Assembly: GCA_951406725.2 (NCBI GenBank)
Contig: OX597814.1
Span: 138,322,001-138,386,000, forward strand
Direction of reading: 5' to 3'
From: Octopus vulgaris
Taxonomy: Eukaryota
DNA length: 64,000 nucleotides
Position 1 is the stretch's first letter; the number at the start of each line of letters is the position of its first letter. This document shows, in pieces, positions 51,841-64,000 of this stretch. A program made the position numbers and the translations under genes. Under the pieces are notes generated by a model. That model did no database searches. It was not told where the DNA came from and saw nothing but the letters and a program-made list of their open reading frames with translations.

Positions 51841-53721
51841 GTAAATGGAACCGACTTCTACTTTATATAAAAATAAGGCCTTCAGTTTTAGCAGGCAGGT
51901 GTTAGTCAGTTTCATGCTTCCAAGGACTTGAATGGTACTTTATTTTATCCATCCTGAAAGCATGAAAAGCAGAACTATTATGGATGAGTGCATGTTAAAT
52001 GTAAATGTAACATTGTTACTTTGATTGTTTTTATTTTGTGTGTTTATTACAAATTAATTATAGTCAGACAAAGCCTTAGCACACAATAGCAAATGTGTCT
52101 TTAGCTATTTACATATAGGAACAGAAATTCCAACTGAGGTTGAATGACTGAAACACTGAAGAGGCTTAATCACATTGAAACATGTGTGCATGTGTGTGGC
52201 CATCAGCTAACATTATTCAGTCTGGTTTGATGTGTTTTTACACACAAAGTCTATAAGGAGAACCTTTTCTCTGAGACAACAATCTTGTAGCAAATATCTT
52301 CACTAGCGTGTGATAAATATTAATGTACACATTGTTAAATTTTCAACAGTTTCAGGGAAGTTTTTAATGCCCCACCAGTACCATACATGGAAACATAGAA
52401 TTAAATCAGTGCATTAGATTTGATCTGCAAGTTGTAGCTTGTTAAACCCTGATTTATAAGAAACTGTTGTTATTGCTATTATATTTAAGGTGGGCTGGCA
52501 GAATTGTTAGCATGCTGGACAAATGCTTAATGATATTTCTTCCAGCTTTCTATGTTCTGAGTTCAAATTTTGCTGAGGTTGACTTTGCTTTTCACCCTTT
52601 CAGGGTTGATAAAATAAGTACCAGTTGAGTACTGGGATCAATTGTAATTGACAATCCTCTCCACCAAAATTTCCACCTTATGCCTATACTAAAACGAATT
52701 ATAATATTTTCAACAGATTTTTGTTTTTTTGGTGGATTTCTATTACATTATCAGTTGTATTGCTGTGCTCCTGAGATCTGTACAGCATTGTCTTTCAGGA
52801 ATGTAGATCTTTGTATATTACATAAGCTTTGCTTTGTTGCAACCTTTTGATCCCGGTCTGGCTTCTGTTCGGAAGATAAATTCCTCCCTTCATTATTCAA
52901 GTTTATGAGGCACTCAAAAGGGTCCTCAACTCATTATGACATTAAGAAAAAAAAAACCCAGAGTAAGAGATGACTAATTCAACTATGTACTGGGTAACCA
53001 ACACAAAAATCAATAATTGTATCCTGTCACCGACACCATGATATTGGTGAAAGTTTTAGTAATAATATTCAGTCTACTCTAACCAGTGAGTGAATATCAT
53101 TTACTTAATTTAAGCCCTTTGTTCCCTATGGAGCATGGACTGTTGATGACTTTTCTCCTCTGTTCTCGACTCTGGGGATGTTTTTTTGCTTCTTTTCAGT
53201 TGCTTCCCTGCTTTTTCAGCTTCACCATAGTTTTTTACATATATTTCCCTGAGGGAAGGCCTTCATTTCCAAAGTTATGCTGGCTTTGAATTGTCATCAA
53301 TGATTCTGTAACTTTACATTTCCTAGGTAGGAATGTTGGCCCTATGCAAACCCATTTTTACTTCTGAGAAGGAGTGAAGTGAGTCATATTAGTTTGGCCC
53401 CTGTTCTTTGACCTGTCCAGCATCGAAGGCTCTACCAGGATTTTGCACTTTGCTGGCATAGCTCTCAAGGTCATTGAGGTACACAAGCCACCACATTGCA
53501 GCAAGGACTGGACTTTGTGCTAGAAATAGAGTGAGTTGCATAGGTAAATTGATGAGTCTTTTTTTTTTAGTATGTAGTGCTGATTAAAACACCTCCTGTA
53601 ACATAAATTGGTATATAAAGATGACATCTTAATATTTCAGCAAGTAGTTAGGGGATTCACCCCCCCAAGAAACCCCAGGAAATTATTTTTGCACATTTCT
53701 TGAATATTCTGTCTGTTTCAG

Positions 53722-53823
53722 GTTGATGTTGTCATAGATATGTGTTGTGCTGAAGGACAAAATCTACGATTTTGTATACTACATGCTAAAAATTTGGTTT
53801 CTAAATTGTTAGAAAACCAGCAA
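53722..53823 (+). CDS. PALD1: Paladin-like exon 9: VDVVIDMCCAEGQNLRFCILHAKNLVSKLLENQQ
   Basis: tttcag acceptor, gtaagt donor, 102 nt, phase 0. VD..ID.C....NLR motif. Not in the ORF track. Confidence 0.88.
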
Positions 53824-54329
53824 GTAAGTTTGTTTTATATCTAAAAATTTTCTTTTTAAAATGTTTCTTGAAATTCCAGCCTATGATGCCATGTGTTTAT
53901 GTGTCATGCACATGTCTTACAACTAGTGCACAAAGGGTAAACAATTTGTGCTCAAGGCTTCCAAAATTAAATATTTTTTGTTAATTCAAGTTGGTTATTC
54001 TCATGGCTGTACACATACTTTGTGGAGAAAGACAAAATTTTCACACCACAAAATTTGTGTCTGCATACAAAATTAGTAGGAACATTAGTTATGAATAATG
54101 TGGGGGTTGAAACGATCATAATGTAAACTTTTGATTAAAAAATATATAAGTTATAGACACAGGTGTGGCTGTGTGGTAAGAAGCTTGCTCCCCAATCACA
54201 TGGTCCCTGGTTCAGTCCCACTGTGTGGCACCTCGGCCAAGTGTCTTCTACTATAGCCTCCTGCTGACCAAAGCCTTGTGAGTGGATGTGGTGGACAGAA
54301 ACTGAAAGAAGCCTATCGTATATATATAT

Positions 54330-56383
54330 TAGGGTGGAGTGAAAAATGCAACTTTCGAAATTGGTAACCAAGAATTAATATTTTGTTGTGAATTAGGGTT
54401 AAAAGAAAGGTGTATAAAGAACTTTGCAGTTAAATATTTATTTCAGGCTCCACAACGCAATTGAAAATTTTTTAAATCGCTATTTTAGGTTGAATTTTGG
54501 ATTTCATGGATGATAAGTCATAACAAATACATATTTCTACATAGCAGAATACAAAACAGTAAATATAGTATCCTTAAGAGGTTGCATACCAAGTTTCAAT
54601 AAAATAGACTATAAAGAGAACAGGAGTGTGAACTTCTCTCCAGGGTCACTGCAACGGTCATTGTATGTGAATGTACATCGTACATGTGTGAAGTTTTCTG
54701 CTTTGTACCTTGACATTAGGCTATTGTATTAAAATTATTGATCATGTTAAATTTAGCCTTGTTTACATTTAGTGATGACTCAGAAGCCAATAATCATCAT
54801 CATCATCATCATTTAACGTCTGCTTTCCATGTTAGCCCTTCCTAATGTCAACCACTCTCAGAGTGTAGTGGGTTCTTTTTACATGTCACTGGCATGGGGG
54901 CCAGTCAGGCGGTACTGGCAATGACCTCACTCGAATCTTTTTACACATGCCACCGGCACAGGTGCCAGTAAGGTGACGTTGGTAATAATCACGCTCGAAT
55001 GGTGCCCTTTTACGTGCCATGGGCACGGAAGCTAGTTGGCTGCTCTGGCAACGATCATGCTCGAATGGTGCCCTTTTATGTGCCACAGGCATGGAAGCTA
55101 GTTGGCTGCTCTGGCAACGATCATGCTTGGATGGTGCGCTTGGCACCCTACTAGCACGGGCACAAGTGCCAGTAAGGTGACACTGGTAACGATCAGACTC
55201 GAATGGTGCCCTTTTATGTGCCACTGGCATGGAAGCTAGTTAGCTGCTCTGTCAAACAATCACACTCATATGGTGCTCTTTGCACCCTGCTAGCACGGAT
55301 GCCAAAGCCTAATATTTGGTACTCCATATGATCTTAGCAAGTTTTGCCAACTTACATTGATGTACTAAAATGTGTTTTATATGAATGAGAAAAAGACAAG
55401 AATGTAGTTTAGAAAGATCCTTCAATTAAACAAATTATCAAGATCATAGCATAAAAAATAATTCTTCTTGGCAAAATGCATCCAGCCCTTGTGTTATGAT
55501 TGAGTTAGTTAAACCAAAAATCTTAAGCTTTTATCTAAAGTAACAAGCATTACTAAAATCTGTGTAAAATAGAAAAAAATGGGCCATCATTTCAAACAAA
55601 GTGTAATGTGTTTGAAAACAATGCAACAAAAGATTTATTTGATATTTCCTGTTGCAAATGCAACTCCTTTAAAAACTGCAGTTGTAGTAGAGACAAAAAT
55701 GTACTACAGAGAGAACAAGATTTTTTACAGGATCAACAGACAAATAGAAAATTGATCATTGGTGGAATAGATCAAGCAGTATCTAAATGGAACATTCTGA
55801 GGTTGATTAGAAAGAATCAAGCCAGATCACAGTCACTTTTCTATGTCAGCAAAGGAAAATTTAAGATTTTGGTTTAACTGATTCAATTGTAACACAAGGG
55901 ATGGATGCATTTTGTCAAAGAAAAATTATCTTTTCTGGTACAATCTTGACAATTTGTTTAATTTATTTTAATGTGTGTGTAATCTAGACCTCATGTAACA
56001 CATATATTTGGTTACCGGGTATTAAAAATAATAATGAAAACAAAGTCGAAAAGTATATTTATTTCATATAATTTTGAAATTTCAAGTGTGTTGCAGAGCC
56101 TGAAGATAGAAATTTTAGAGCTTGAGATTTTAACACTCTTGTTTTTAAAGGATTTCGCAAAAGGAAACTGAATGCAAAAAAAATATGAGGAGTGGCAAAC
56201 ATGTTATAAATTGATTTTTCACTCATTATTCAAAATTTCAAGTGGGCTATGGAGCTGAAGATGTAAATTTAAGAACTTCAGACTTTAACACAGTTGTTTT
56301 TAAAGGATTTCACTATAAAAAATATATTCTTGAACACATATTTTGAAAACCTGTGTAATATGTATCTTTTGCACTCCACCCTA
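54330..56383 (+). mobile_element. hAT (hATm-like) deletion derivative with a transposase fragment at 55608-55877
   Basis: TIRs tagggtggagtg / cactccacccta, with atatatat on both sides (8-bp TSD-compatible). Peptide LFDISCCKC..C.C....FLQDQ...IGGID. Inserted in the (TA)n of a SINE. Confidence 0.75.
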
Positions 56384-56702
56384 ATATATATATATATGTA
56401 TATATATATGTATGTATATATCTATATGTGTGTGTGTATGTGTTTGTCCCATCACCACTTGACAACCAGTGTGCATGTGTTTATGTCCCCCGTAACTTAG
56501 CAGTTCAGTTAAAAGAGACCGATAGAATAAGTACCAGGCTTTAAAAAAGAAATAAGTACTGGGCCAATTTATGCGACTAAAAACCCTTCAAAACAGTGTT
56601 CCAACATGGCAAAAGACAAAAATATGTATGTATGTATGTAAAGTCATACTGTCAAGAGGTATGAAAGGTGAATATATATTCAACCAAGTAACTCCCCATA
56701 GG

Positions 56703-56848
56703 ATCATGACTGTTTTACAGCCTTCTTCATGTATTAATTTTGGTATGGTAAAAATGATGTTAGCATTTATATCTATACACAGTATTATACAATACAATTG
56801 TATATTCACAAATTAATTCACATAAAGAAAGCCAGCTCATCAGATGAC
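56703..56848 (-). ncRNA. Decayed hammerhead ribozyme remnant
   Basis: Minus strand reads gucau-CUGAUGA-gcuggcuuucuuuaugu...acaugaagaaggcugu-AAAA-cag-UC-augau. Long stem II and stem I pair, but GAAA has become AAAA. Confidence 0.45.
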
Positions 56849-56906
56849 TGGAACATTATGGTTACCATAACTATTCAACTCCAAATATACACACAAAATT
56901 TCCTCT

Positions 56907-57004
<98 letters not shown>

Positions 57005-57005
<1 letters not shown>

Positions 57006-57525
57006 GCAAGTGAAAATCAAACCATATCAAAATAGATGAACATCAATGGAATTTGTATCTTTGTGGTTCCAGTACCGGTGGCACACAAGAAAACCATCCG
57101 AACGTGGCCGATCAATGGAATTTGTATCTTTGTGGTTCCAGTACCGGTGGCACACAAGAAAACCATCCGAACGTGGCCGTAGCCAGTAAACCATCCGAAC
57201 GTGGCCGTAGCCAGTACCGCATCGACTGGCCCCCGTGCTGTGGGCACAACAAACACCATCTGATCGTATCCGAGCGTGGCCGTTCGCCAGCCTCGACTGG
57301 CACCTGTGTCGGTGGCACATAAAAACACCATCCGAGCGTGGCCGTTCGCCAGCCTACTGGCACCTATATCCGATATCGACTACCTATAAAATATATAGTA
57401 GGAAGGGCATCCAGCTGTAGAAACACTGCCAGATCTGACTGGCCTGGTGCAGCCTTTCCCCAGACCCCAGTTGAACGTCTGCTAGTGGAAAACGGACGCT
57501 AAATGATGATGATGATGATGATGAT
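57005..57525 (+). mobile_element. (ATG)n-tailed element, family C (probable RTE 3' UTR or RTE-dependent SINE); other copies at 3440-3832, 20813-21111, 22963-23288, 34435-34773, 36553-36731, 44338-44596, 54795-55300 (-)
   Basis: Tandem ggtggcacgtaaaaagcacc subunits, then ggcgttaggaagggcatccagc and catgctagcatggaaagcggacg followed by (ATG)n. This copy carries a 69-bp tandem duplication (57042-57179). Confidence 0.85.
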
Positions 57526-57548
57526 ATATATATATATATATATTTATA

Positions 57549-57597
<49 letters not shown>

Positions 57598-57604
57598 GTA
57601 TATA

Positions 57605-57642
<38 letters not shown>

Positions 57643-58692
57643 CTATTTTGTCTGGTTCTGCCTTCAATACATTGTGTATATATATGCAATGTATTGAAGG
57701 CTGGAACCAGACAAAATTAGATTGACTTAGTATAACTAAAGATATATTGCTTCTTATTAATTAAGTGCTAGAGAGAAATTTAAGCAACTGACTATCCTTA
57801 ATGTAAATCTGTATCTAATTAAGTGTGCATATATGATGGACTTCTGCATGGTTTCCATCAACTAAATTCTATTCACAAGGCATTGATCAACACTGTGCTA
57901 TACTAACAGACACTTGGCAATGGTATCACATTGTGGAGCAAACTTGGATTCATGTATTCTTTTCTACTCATGGCACAAGGCCCAAAATTTTGGGGGAGGG
58001 GGGGGCAGTCGATTAGATCAACCCCAGTATGCAACTGTTACTTAATTTATCGACCCCCAAAAGCATGAAAGGCAACGTTGACCTTGGTGGAATTTGAACT
58101 CAGAACATAAAGACAGATGAAATACCACTGAGCATTTCGCCTGGCATGGACACGTTTCTGCCCGCTTGCATTGGATTATGAATCCATTTGTAAAGCTAAC
58201 TTCTTTATCATATAGCTATGCCTGTGCCTATACTTAGAGAAAAATTATCCTTTTGTTTTAATTTGTTAGCATTTTGTTTAATATAGGGTAACATATTTCT
58301 TCTGATTATTTGATAAAGAGAGCATTGATGTCTTGAGGTGACAGGGTGTAGAACAACTAGTAAAGAGGTCACTTGATGATGGTATCTTACCTCTGGTACT
58401 GCAATGCTTACGAGACTTATCAAACAGCTTTGGGTTCTGTCCCACTGCATGTTACTTTGGATAAGTATCTCCTACTAAAGCTCCAGGTCAACCAAAGCTT
58501 TGTGAGTGGATTTAGTTGATGGAAACTGAAAGAAGTTCATTATATATATATGTTCATATTTTAATGTTCCGCTTAGGTATAGTGATACTAATAAGTGTTA
58601 GTTGAGTACAGAGTACAATATGAGATTGAATAAATGACAAAGGAAAGGGAAATTCTGCAATAAGATGAGGTGCATCACCTTATAACTTCCTT

Positions 58693-58790
58693 GGAGCTTC
58701 TAATATGAAGGAAGCTATAAGGTGATGTACATGCATTCAGCTCTGAGTGCACTGCATCTTATAGCAGAAACAGCTGTAAGCTAATGAAGC
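58693..58790 (+). ncRNA. Rearranged hammerhead ribozyme remnant
   Basis: ATGA-aggaa-gctataaggtg (58714-24) pairs with catcttatagc (58755-65), followed by a-GAAA-cagctg-TA-ag. The 3' half of the core is intact; the CUG of CUGAUGA is missing. Confidence 0.4.
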
Positions 58791-58829
58791 CCATTGCATA
58801 ATTTCCTGCTCCTTTGTCATAAATTTGAG

Positions 58830-58939
<110 letters not shown>

Positions 58940-59892
58940 TGTGTGTGATAAGGAGACTTTGAACTTGCCTTGTTGTTCTGTCTATTTGCTGGTTGTAAAC
59001 AATGGCTCACTGAAAATATCAGATGTTGTCATTTGCTTGCAGTCCACTGTGAAAGCAAGTTCGGGCTTCTTGACATGTTTTGACATGCTGTGTGATCTTT
59101 GTAAGTAAAAGGCTTTTTTATATAGTCATCAGTTCTCTTTGTAAACATGTCCTGGCTGTTTGCCTATCAAAAGGGTGTAAGGATATTGCTGGGGGTAGGT
59201 ATTAGGAAGGGTGTTAGGTTGTAGAAAACTCTACCCCAGGCTATTCACATCTGGCCCATGCAAGCATGGAAAAGATGGCATTAACACAATGACGACCATG
59301 ATAGTTATAGCATTCATAGTTGTAATATTAGTAGTTATGATAAGGTGGCGAGCTGGCAGAATTGTTAGCACATCAGACAAAGTGCTTAGCAACATTTTGC
59401 CCATCTTTATATTCTGAATTTAAATACTGCCAAGGTCAGCTACTTTTGTCCTTTTAGGGTTGATGAAACAAGTACCAGTTGAACAATGTGGTCAATGTAA
59501 CTGACTTACCCCCCCCACCACCACCACCACTCCTCGGCAGAATTGTTAGCACACTGGGCAAAATGCTTGCAGCATTTCAACTGTCTTCTATATTCTGAGT
59601 TCAAATATTGCCAGGGTTGGCTTTGCCTTTCATTGTTTTGGGATTAATAATATAAGTATCAGTTGGATCCTGGGGTCAATGTAATCGACTTACCCCTACC
59701 CCCAAATTGTTGGCTTTGTGTGAAAATTTGAAGCCAGTATTTGTAGATATGATTTGTAGTTATGATATTGATAGTAATGGTCTTCATATGAGGCACCACT
59801 AGCTATAATAAAAATATTTATGATATTGATACATGTGATGTCTTATGATGTATTGTCAGAATGTAATAAAGTTGTTTACTCTCTACAAACAG

Positions 59893-59985
59893 ATCAAAGA
59901 ATCTCAGGAGGCAGCAAACAAAGCACTTCAGTATTTAGATCGTTATTTCTACCTAATTTGTTTCAATGCATATCTTGCTGAACAG
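59893..59985 (+). CDS. PALD1: Paladin-like exon 10: IKESQEAANKALQYLDRYFYLICFNAYLAEQ
   Basis: acag acceptor, CAG|gtatgt donor, 93 nt. YL.RYFYLICFNAYL is a highly conserved paladin motif. Confidence 0.93.
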
Positions 59986-61295
59986 GTATGTATTTTTCCT
60001 TCGTATTCAATAAACAATATATTGTGTATTATCATGTATTATTTTGTGTCCCAACATCAAATTTTCAAGTCACATTAAAGTCAATAAAAGTTTGTGCTTG
60101 TTACTTTAAAAAAGAAATAAATATTCCTTATATAAAAATAATTAATGTTTACAATGAAAGAATGAAGAACTGCCTGTGTGCTCACTCAGCCTGCTAGAAA
60201 TAGCAGCTTAATTTTCTTCTTCATATTCTTCCTTCTTAAAAATAGAAGGATGAGTCACAAAAAAAAAAAAATTAAAATACAAGTTGATTATGGTTGAAAA
60301 GAACGTTTGTATCATAGAACCAGGGGTGGTCCCTGGTGGTTTGGTATCAAAAGGGTTAAGAATATTGTGCAATACCTGTTGCAGAGTTAAACAAATAATT
60401 TTATAACAAAGACATCACTATCAAGCAATGAACTTGCAGAATCAATAAAGTGTTGGATAGAATACTTCATGGTATTTTTTCTGACTGTCTGCCTTCTGTG
60501 TTCAAATCCCACCAATGTTAACTTTGTCTTCCATCCTTTTTGGGTTTAATTGGATAATTTGAAATGTAGTTTTCTGTTGTAACAAGATGGAATCATAGAA
60601 CAAAACTTATGTTGCTTGTTTGAGTGGGTGGGGGAACCCTCACATCCAGGATATTATTAAATCTAATTTTTTTTAATTACCTATTCTGGAGTAGATAATC
60701 TATTTACTTTGTATGCTCTATTTTCCTTCGCTTCAACACATTCTAAGGTTCAATTTCTCTTTCGACTTTTCTATTTATATTTCTACATCATAAATGGTTG
60801 GTTATCTAGAGAAAAGGACAGAAAAACCGCTATGCATAAATATTTATTTGACTAGCAGAAACCAACACTAGCAACTTCCAATAGTTCACTTGTATGATAA
60901 TCATAACAATTCTTCATACTGCCATGTTGGATGAAAACCACAATAGTTCTTCAAGCCAACACAGTAGCCTAAAGATTTGTTGTGGCTCTCATACAAGGAA
61001 ACTTACATAAGTATTATATATTATATTACTAATGCCCAGACCCCTATTCAAATGTGTATAATGACTATTGTGATGCTGCTTGTTTTTGTACGTCTCAAAT
61101 TGGTGCTTATAGTGTTTATTTTCATATTTTCTTAGTGATTTCATTTTATAATCCTAAATTATATAATATTGTAACTGAAAATCTGTTGAGCTCTTAGATC
61201 TGCCATTGATAAAATATAAACAGGGATTTATATGTTCATCTCACCTTCATCACTATCACCAACTTAATATGACCTCTGTTGTTTTGACATTTCAG

Positions 61296-61421
61296 GCTCG
61301 TCAGGCATTTAATATCAGCTTTAGTGCATGGATGTTGAAACATCCGAATCTTTATCGTATCCAGGAACAACTGAATCTGTTTCCCAAGAAGGGCCAAGCA
61401 TTGCTGAATGAATGCATAATG
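61296..61421 (+). CDS. PALD1: Paladin-like exon 11: ARQAFNISFSAWMLKHPNLYRIQEQLNLFPKKGQALLNECIM
   Basis: tttcag acceptor, ATG|gtatgt donor, 126 nt. F..SFS.WM..HP.LYR motif. Confidence 0.9.
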
Positions 61422-61978
61422 GTATGTTCTCCATTGGATAGTGTATTCCTCACTATGTGTTAAATGGTTATGTATTTTGAATTGGGTGACATTGTTTATT
61501 GCATGGTACGTTGTGAGTTATATTTTGCATTGTATAATATTGACATGGCTTGAAGGTTGTTGGTCTGGTCTGTGGTGATGACTGGTTGAGTCAATGAAAA
61601 TTTTTGCTAAATGATATATCTCCATTTTCTTATTTTCTTTATATGTGTGTGTGTGTGTATGTGTGTGATATAGACTTAGTACACTTGAAGATGGCTGGAG
61701 AATATGCAAAATAAAATCTATTGTAGGCAGGAACAGAAAAGACGAATTCTTTCACATTACTATTGACAGGATGAATTTTTCTGTAAATGTTCATACTGTT
61801 GAAATGATTAGTTTTAAAAGCTGGACAACCTCTCCATTTTAATCATTCAACAATGGAGCTAATTGCCAGCCAGGTAGACTGAGGTAAGTTATGATGGAGT
61901 TTATGTAAGAACATAATATGATGGCTGTAGTTAATATTTAACTTTAAGTAAATGTGGTCAGTACTCTCAGCATCTTAA

Positions 61979-62198
61979 CCCTTTCGTTACCGTATTTATT
62001 TTGAGATGTTCTGTATTTCTTTCAATTACTTTAAATATAACAAAGAATTTAGTAAAATAACTTAGTTATTATTCAGCTAGTATTATGAGCATAAATTGTG
62101 ACTAAGGTTTGGTGGAAGATTTTTATTCAAAATTTATAAAAGCAAGACATTTGTACCCAGAGCCAGAGCTGGTTTCAGCCGGGTTGGTAACGAAAGGG
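61979..62198. mobile_element. piggyBac-type MITE
   Basis: TTAA TSDs (61975-78, 62199-202) and perfect 13-bp TIRs ccctttcgttacc/ggtaacgaaaggg. An interrupted copy lies at 44311-44786. Confidence 0.88.
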
Positions 62199-62314
62199 TT
62201 AACAATGCAAGCACTGTACCTGATTTCCATTAATTAATAAATCTGAAAGTTATCAATCATTAAAATATAGACAGCATTGTACTTATGAAAGTAAGTCTTT
62301 CTCTCTAAATCTAG

Positions 62315-62434
62315 GTTGAAGACACCATCAGTCAGGAAGAGCGTTTGAGTTCAATACAGAATTTAGGTGTAGCTAACTTTCAAAAGGTCACTGGTCATCT
62401 TCCTCTTTATGGTATGGCACAACCTGTTTCTCAG
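62315..62434 (+). CDS. PALD1: Paladin-like exon 12, start of the second PTP-like repeat: VEDTISQEERLSSIQNLGVANFQKVTGHLPLYGMAQPVSQ; gene continues beyond the window
   Basis: ctag acceptor, CAG|gtaagt donor, 120 nt. VANF.KV and YGMAQP motifs. Confidence 0.9.
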
Positions 62435-62493
62435 GTAAGTCAAAGAAGATTATGTTGTTTTACTGTTGATTTCTTTAAAGTCATACTAATATT

Positions 62494-62892
62494 CTTTTCT
62501 ATTCTAGGCACAAGGCTCAGAATTTTTTTTTTGTGGGGGGCAATCAATTAGATCGACCCCAGTATGCAACTGGTACTTAATTTATCAACCCCGAAAGGAT
62601 GAAAGGCAAAGTCAACCTTAGTGGAATTTGAACTCAGAATGTAAAAGACTGATGAAATACCTATTTCTTTACTGCCCATAAGGGGTTACACACAGAGGGG
62701 ACAAACAAGGGCAGACACACGGATTAGGTCGATTATATCGACCCCAGTGCGTAACAGGTACTTATTTAATTGACCCCGAAAGGATGAAAGGCAAAGTTGA
62801 CCTCGGTGGAATTAGAACTCAGAACGTAGTGGCAGATGAAATACCACTAAGCATTTCAACCGGCATGCTAACGTTTTAGCCAGCTTGCCGCC
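62494..62892 (-). mobile_element. Dimeric family-A SINE inserted as one unit
   Basis: A 19-bp TSD ttaaagtcatactaatatt (62475-93, 62893-911) encloses two SINE bodies. Confidence 0.8.
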
Positions 62893-63736
62893 TTAAAGTC
62901 ATACTAATATTACATATACCAAAGTAATGGTTTGGCACAATCATTAGAGCCTTGCAAGAAATATCTTGCAGTATTCTTTTTTCTACATTCTATAGGTAGA
63001 GGACTCCAAAAGGGGTCTCAAGGAGTAGCGTCTCTGCCTTCCTGAGCTAGTTTTCCACCACATTTCTTAAAAATCTTAGTAGAGGCCTTGGTCTTGGGAC
63101 CACTCGTGTCCAGAAACTGAGGTTAGGGATAAGCAGCGGCATACTTCCCATAGAAAATCCAGCTCCAAAAATAGCCTTATGATAGCAAGGCAGAATGGGC
63201 ACCAGCCAGCACAAAGGTTGAGGTGGGCTGCACCTGTCTGCCTCAGTTGCTATGCCATTGACGTAGATCTGGCCACCCCCTGGTAACAGGGACAAAACCT
63301 GGATTTAAAACACTGGATGATGATGATGAAGATGAGGAAGTTCAAATCCTGCTAATGTCAACTTTGTCATTTGTCTCTCCAGTCAACTTCTGGGATTGAT
63401 TTAATTGACTAACCCCACCTTTGAAATTTCACATCTTGTGCCTATCTTAGAGACTGTTATTACATCATCATCAATCCTCTGAACATCACTGTCTTGAATC
63501 CTAGGATTCAAAGGGCTCATTGCCTGGTTTCTATTCTATAACATATAAGAACCTGAGCTCACAACATTCCTCCTGAATGGGATGCCAGTTTGTAGCAGGG
63601 TTACCTACTTACAGCTGAGTGGACTGATGCAGTATGAAGTGAAGTGTTTTGCTCAAGGACACTTTGCATCACCTGGTCTGGACATCAAAAACACGGTTGT
63701 GCAACCATGAGTGCAACATCATCACCATTAAGCCAC

Positions 63737-63768
<32 letters not shown>

Positions 63769-64000
63769 CCACCACCACCATCATTTAACGTCCGTTGTTC
63801 ATGCTGGCATGGTTTGGATGGTTTGACCAGGACTGGTAAGCTGGAGGGCTGCACCAGACTCCAGTCTGGTTTAGCATGGTTTTCTATGGCTGGATGCTCT
63901 TCCTAACACCAACCCCTCCGAGAGTTTAATAGGTACTTTTACATGCCATTGGCATGGGTGCCATTTGCATGACACTAGTATCTGCAACAACTGTGGTTTT

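Noticed and set aside
52151-52190. CTGAAGA...GAAACATGTG hammerhead-like motif on +
   Set aside because: No convincing stem II, and the cleavage triplet would be GUG. Not supportable.
54880-55300. Regularly spaced repeats resembling a CRISPR array
   Set aside because: The intervening sequences are homologous to each other, there are no cas genes, and the context is eukaryotic. These are internal subrepeats of retroelement family C.

Overview
Eukaryotic, AT-rich, microsatellite-saturated genomic DNA whose repeat families (tRNA/CORE-type SINEs, RTE and Dong/R4 LINEs, Tc1/mariner, hAT and piggyBac-type MITEs) look like those of an octopus (coleoid cephalopod); the taxon is my inference. The one host gene I can support is a + strand paladin (PALD1)-like PTP/phytase-like phosphatase. 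I reconstructed 12 phase-consistent GT-AG coding exons by hand (22673-62434, 1482 nt, about 494 codons), and the gene continues past the window end. The first phosphatase repeat lacks the catalytic Cys (KDKRDER in place of CX5R). The rest is intron or upstream DNA filled with nested transposons. The most interesting signals are: (i) hammerhead-ribozyme folds, one with an intact core and two decayed, plus fold-back palindromes, all in short cassettes next to (TA)n tracts, suggesting Penelope/retrozyme-like elements; (ii) a U6 retrocopy fused to a SINE-type 3' tail; (iii) repeated site-specific Dong/R4 insertions into (TAA)n; (iv) a SINE flanked by a roughly 190-bp target-site duplication. Nearly all ORFs in the supplied track are microsatellite or SINE artefacts. 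All alignments and folds were done by eye, and repeat boundaries are approximate unless a TSD or TIR is quoted.
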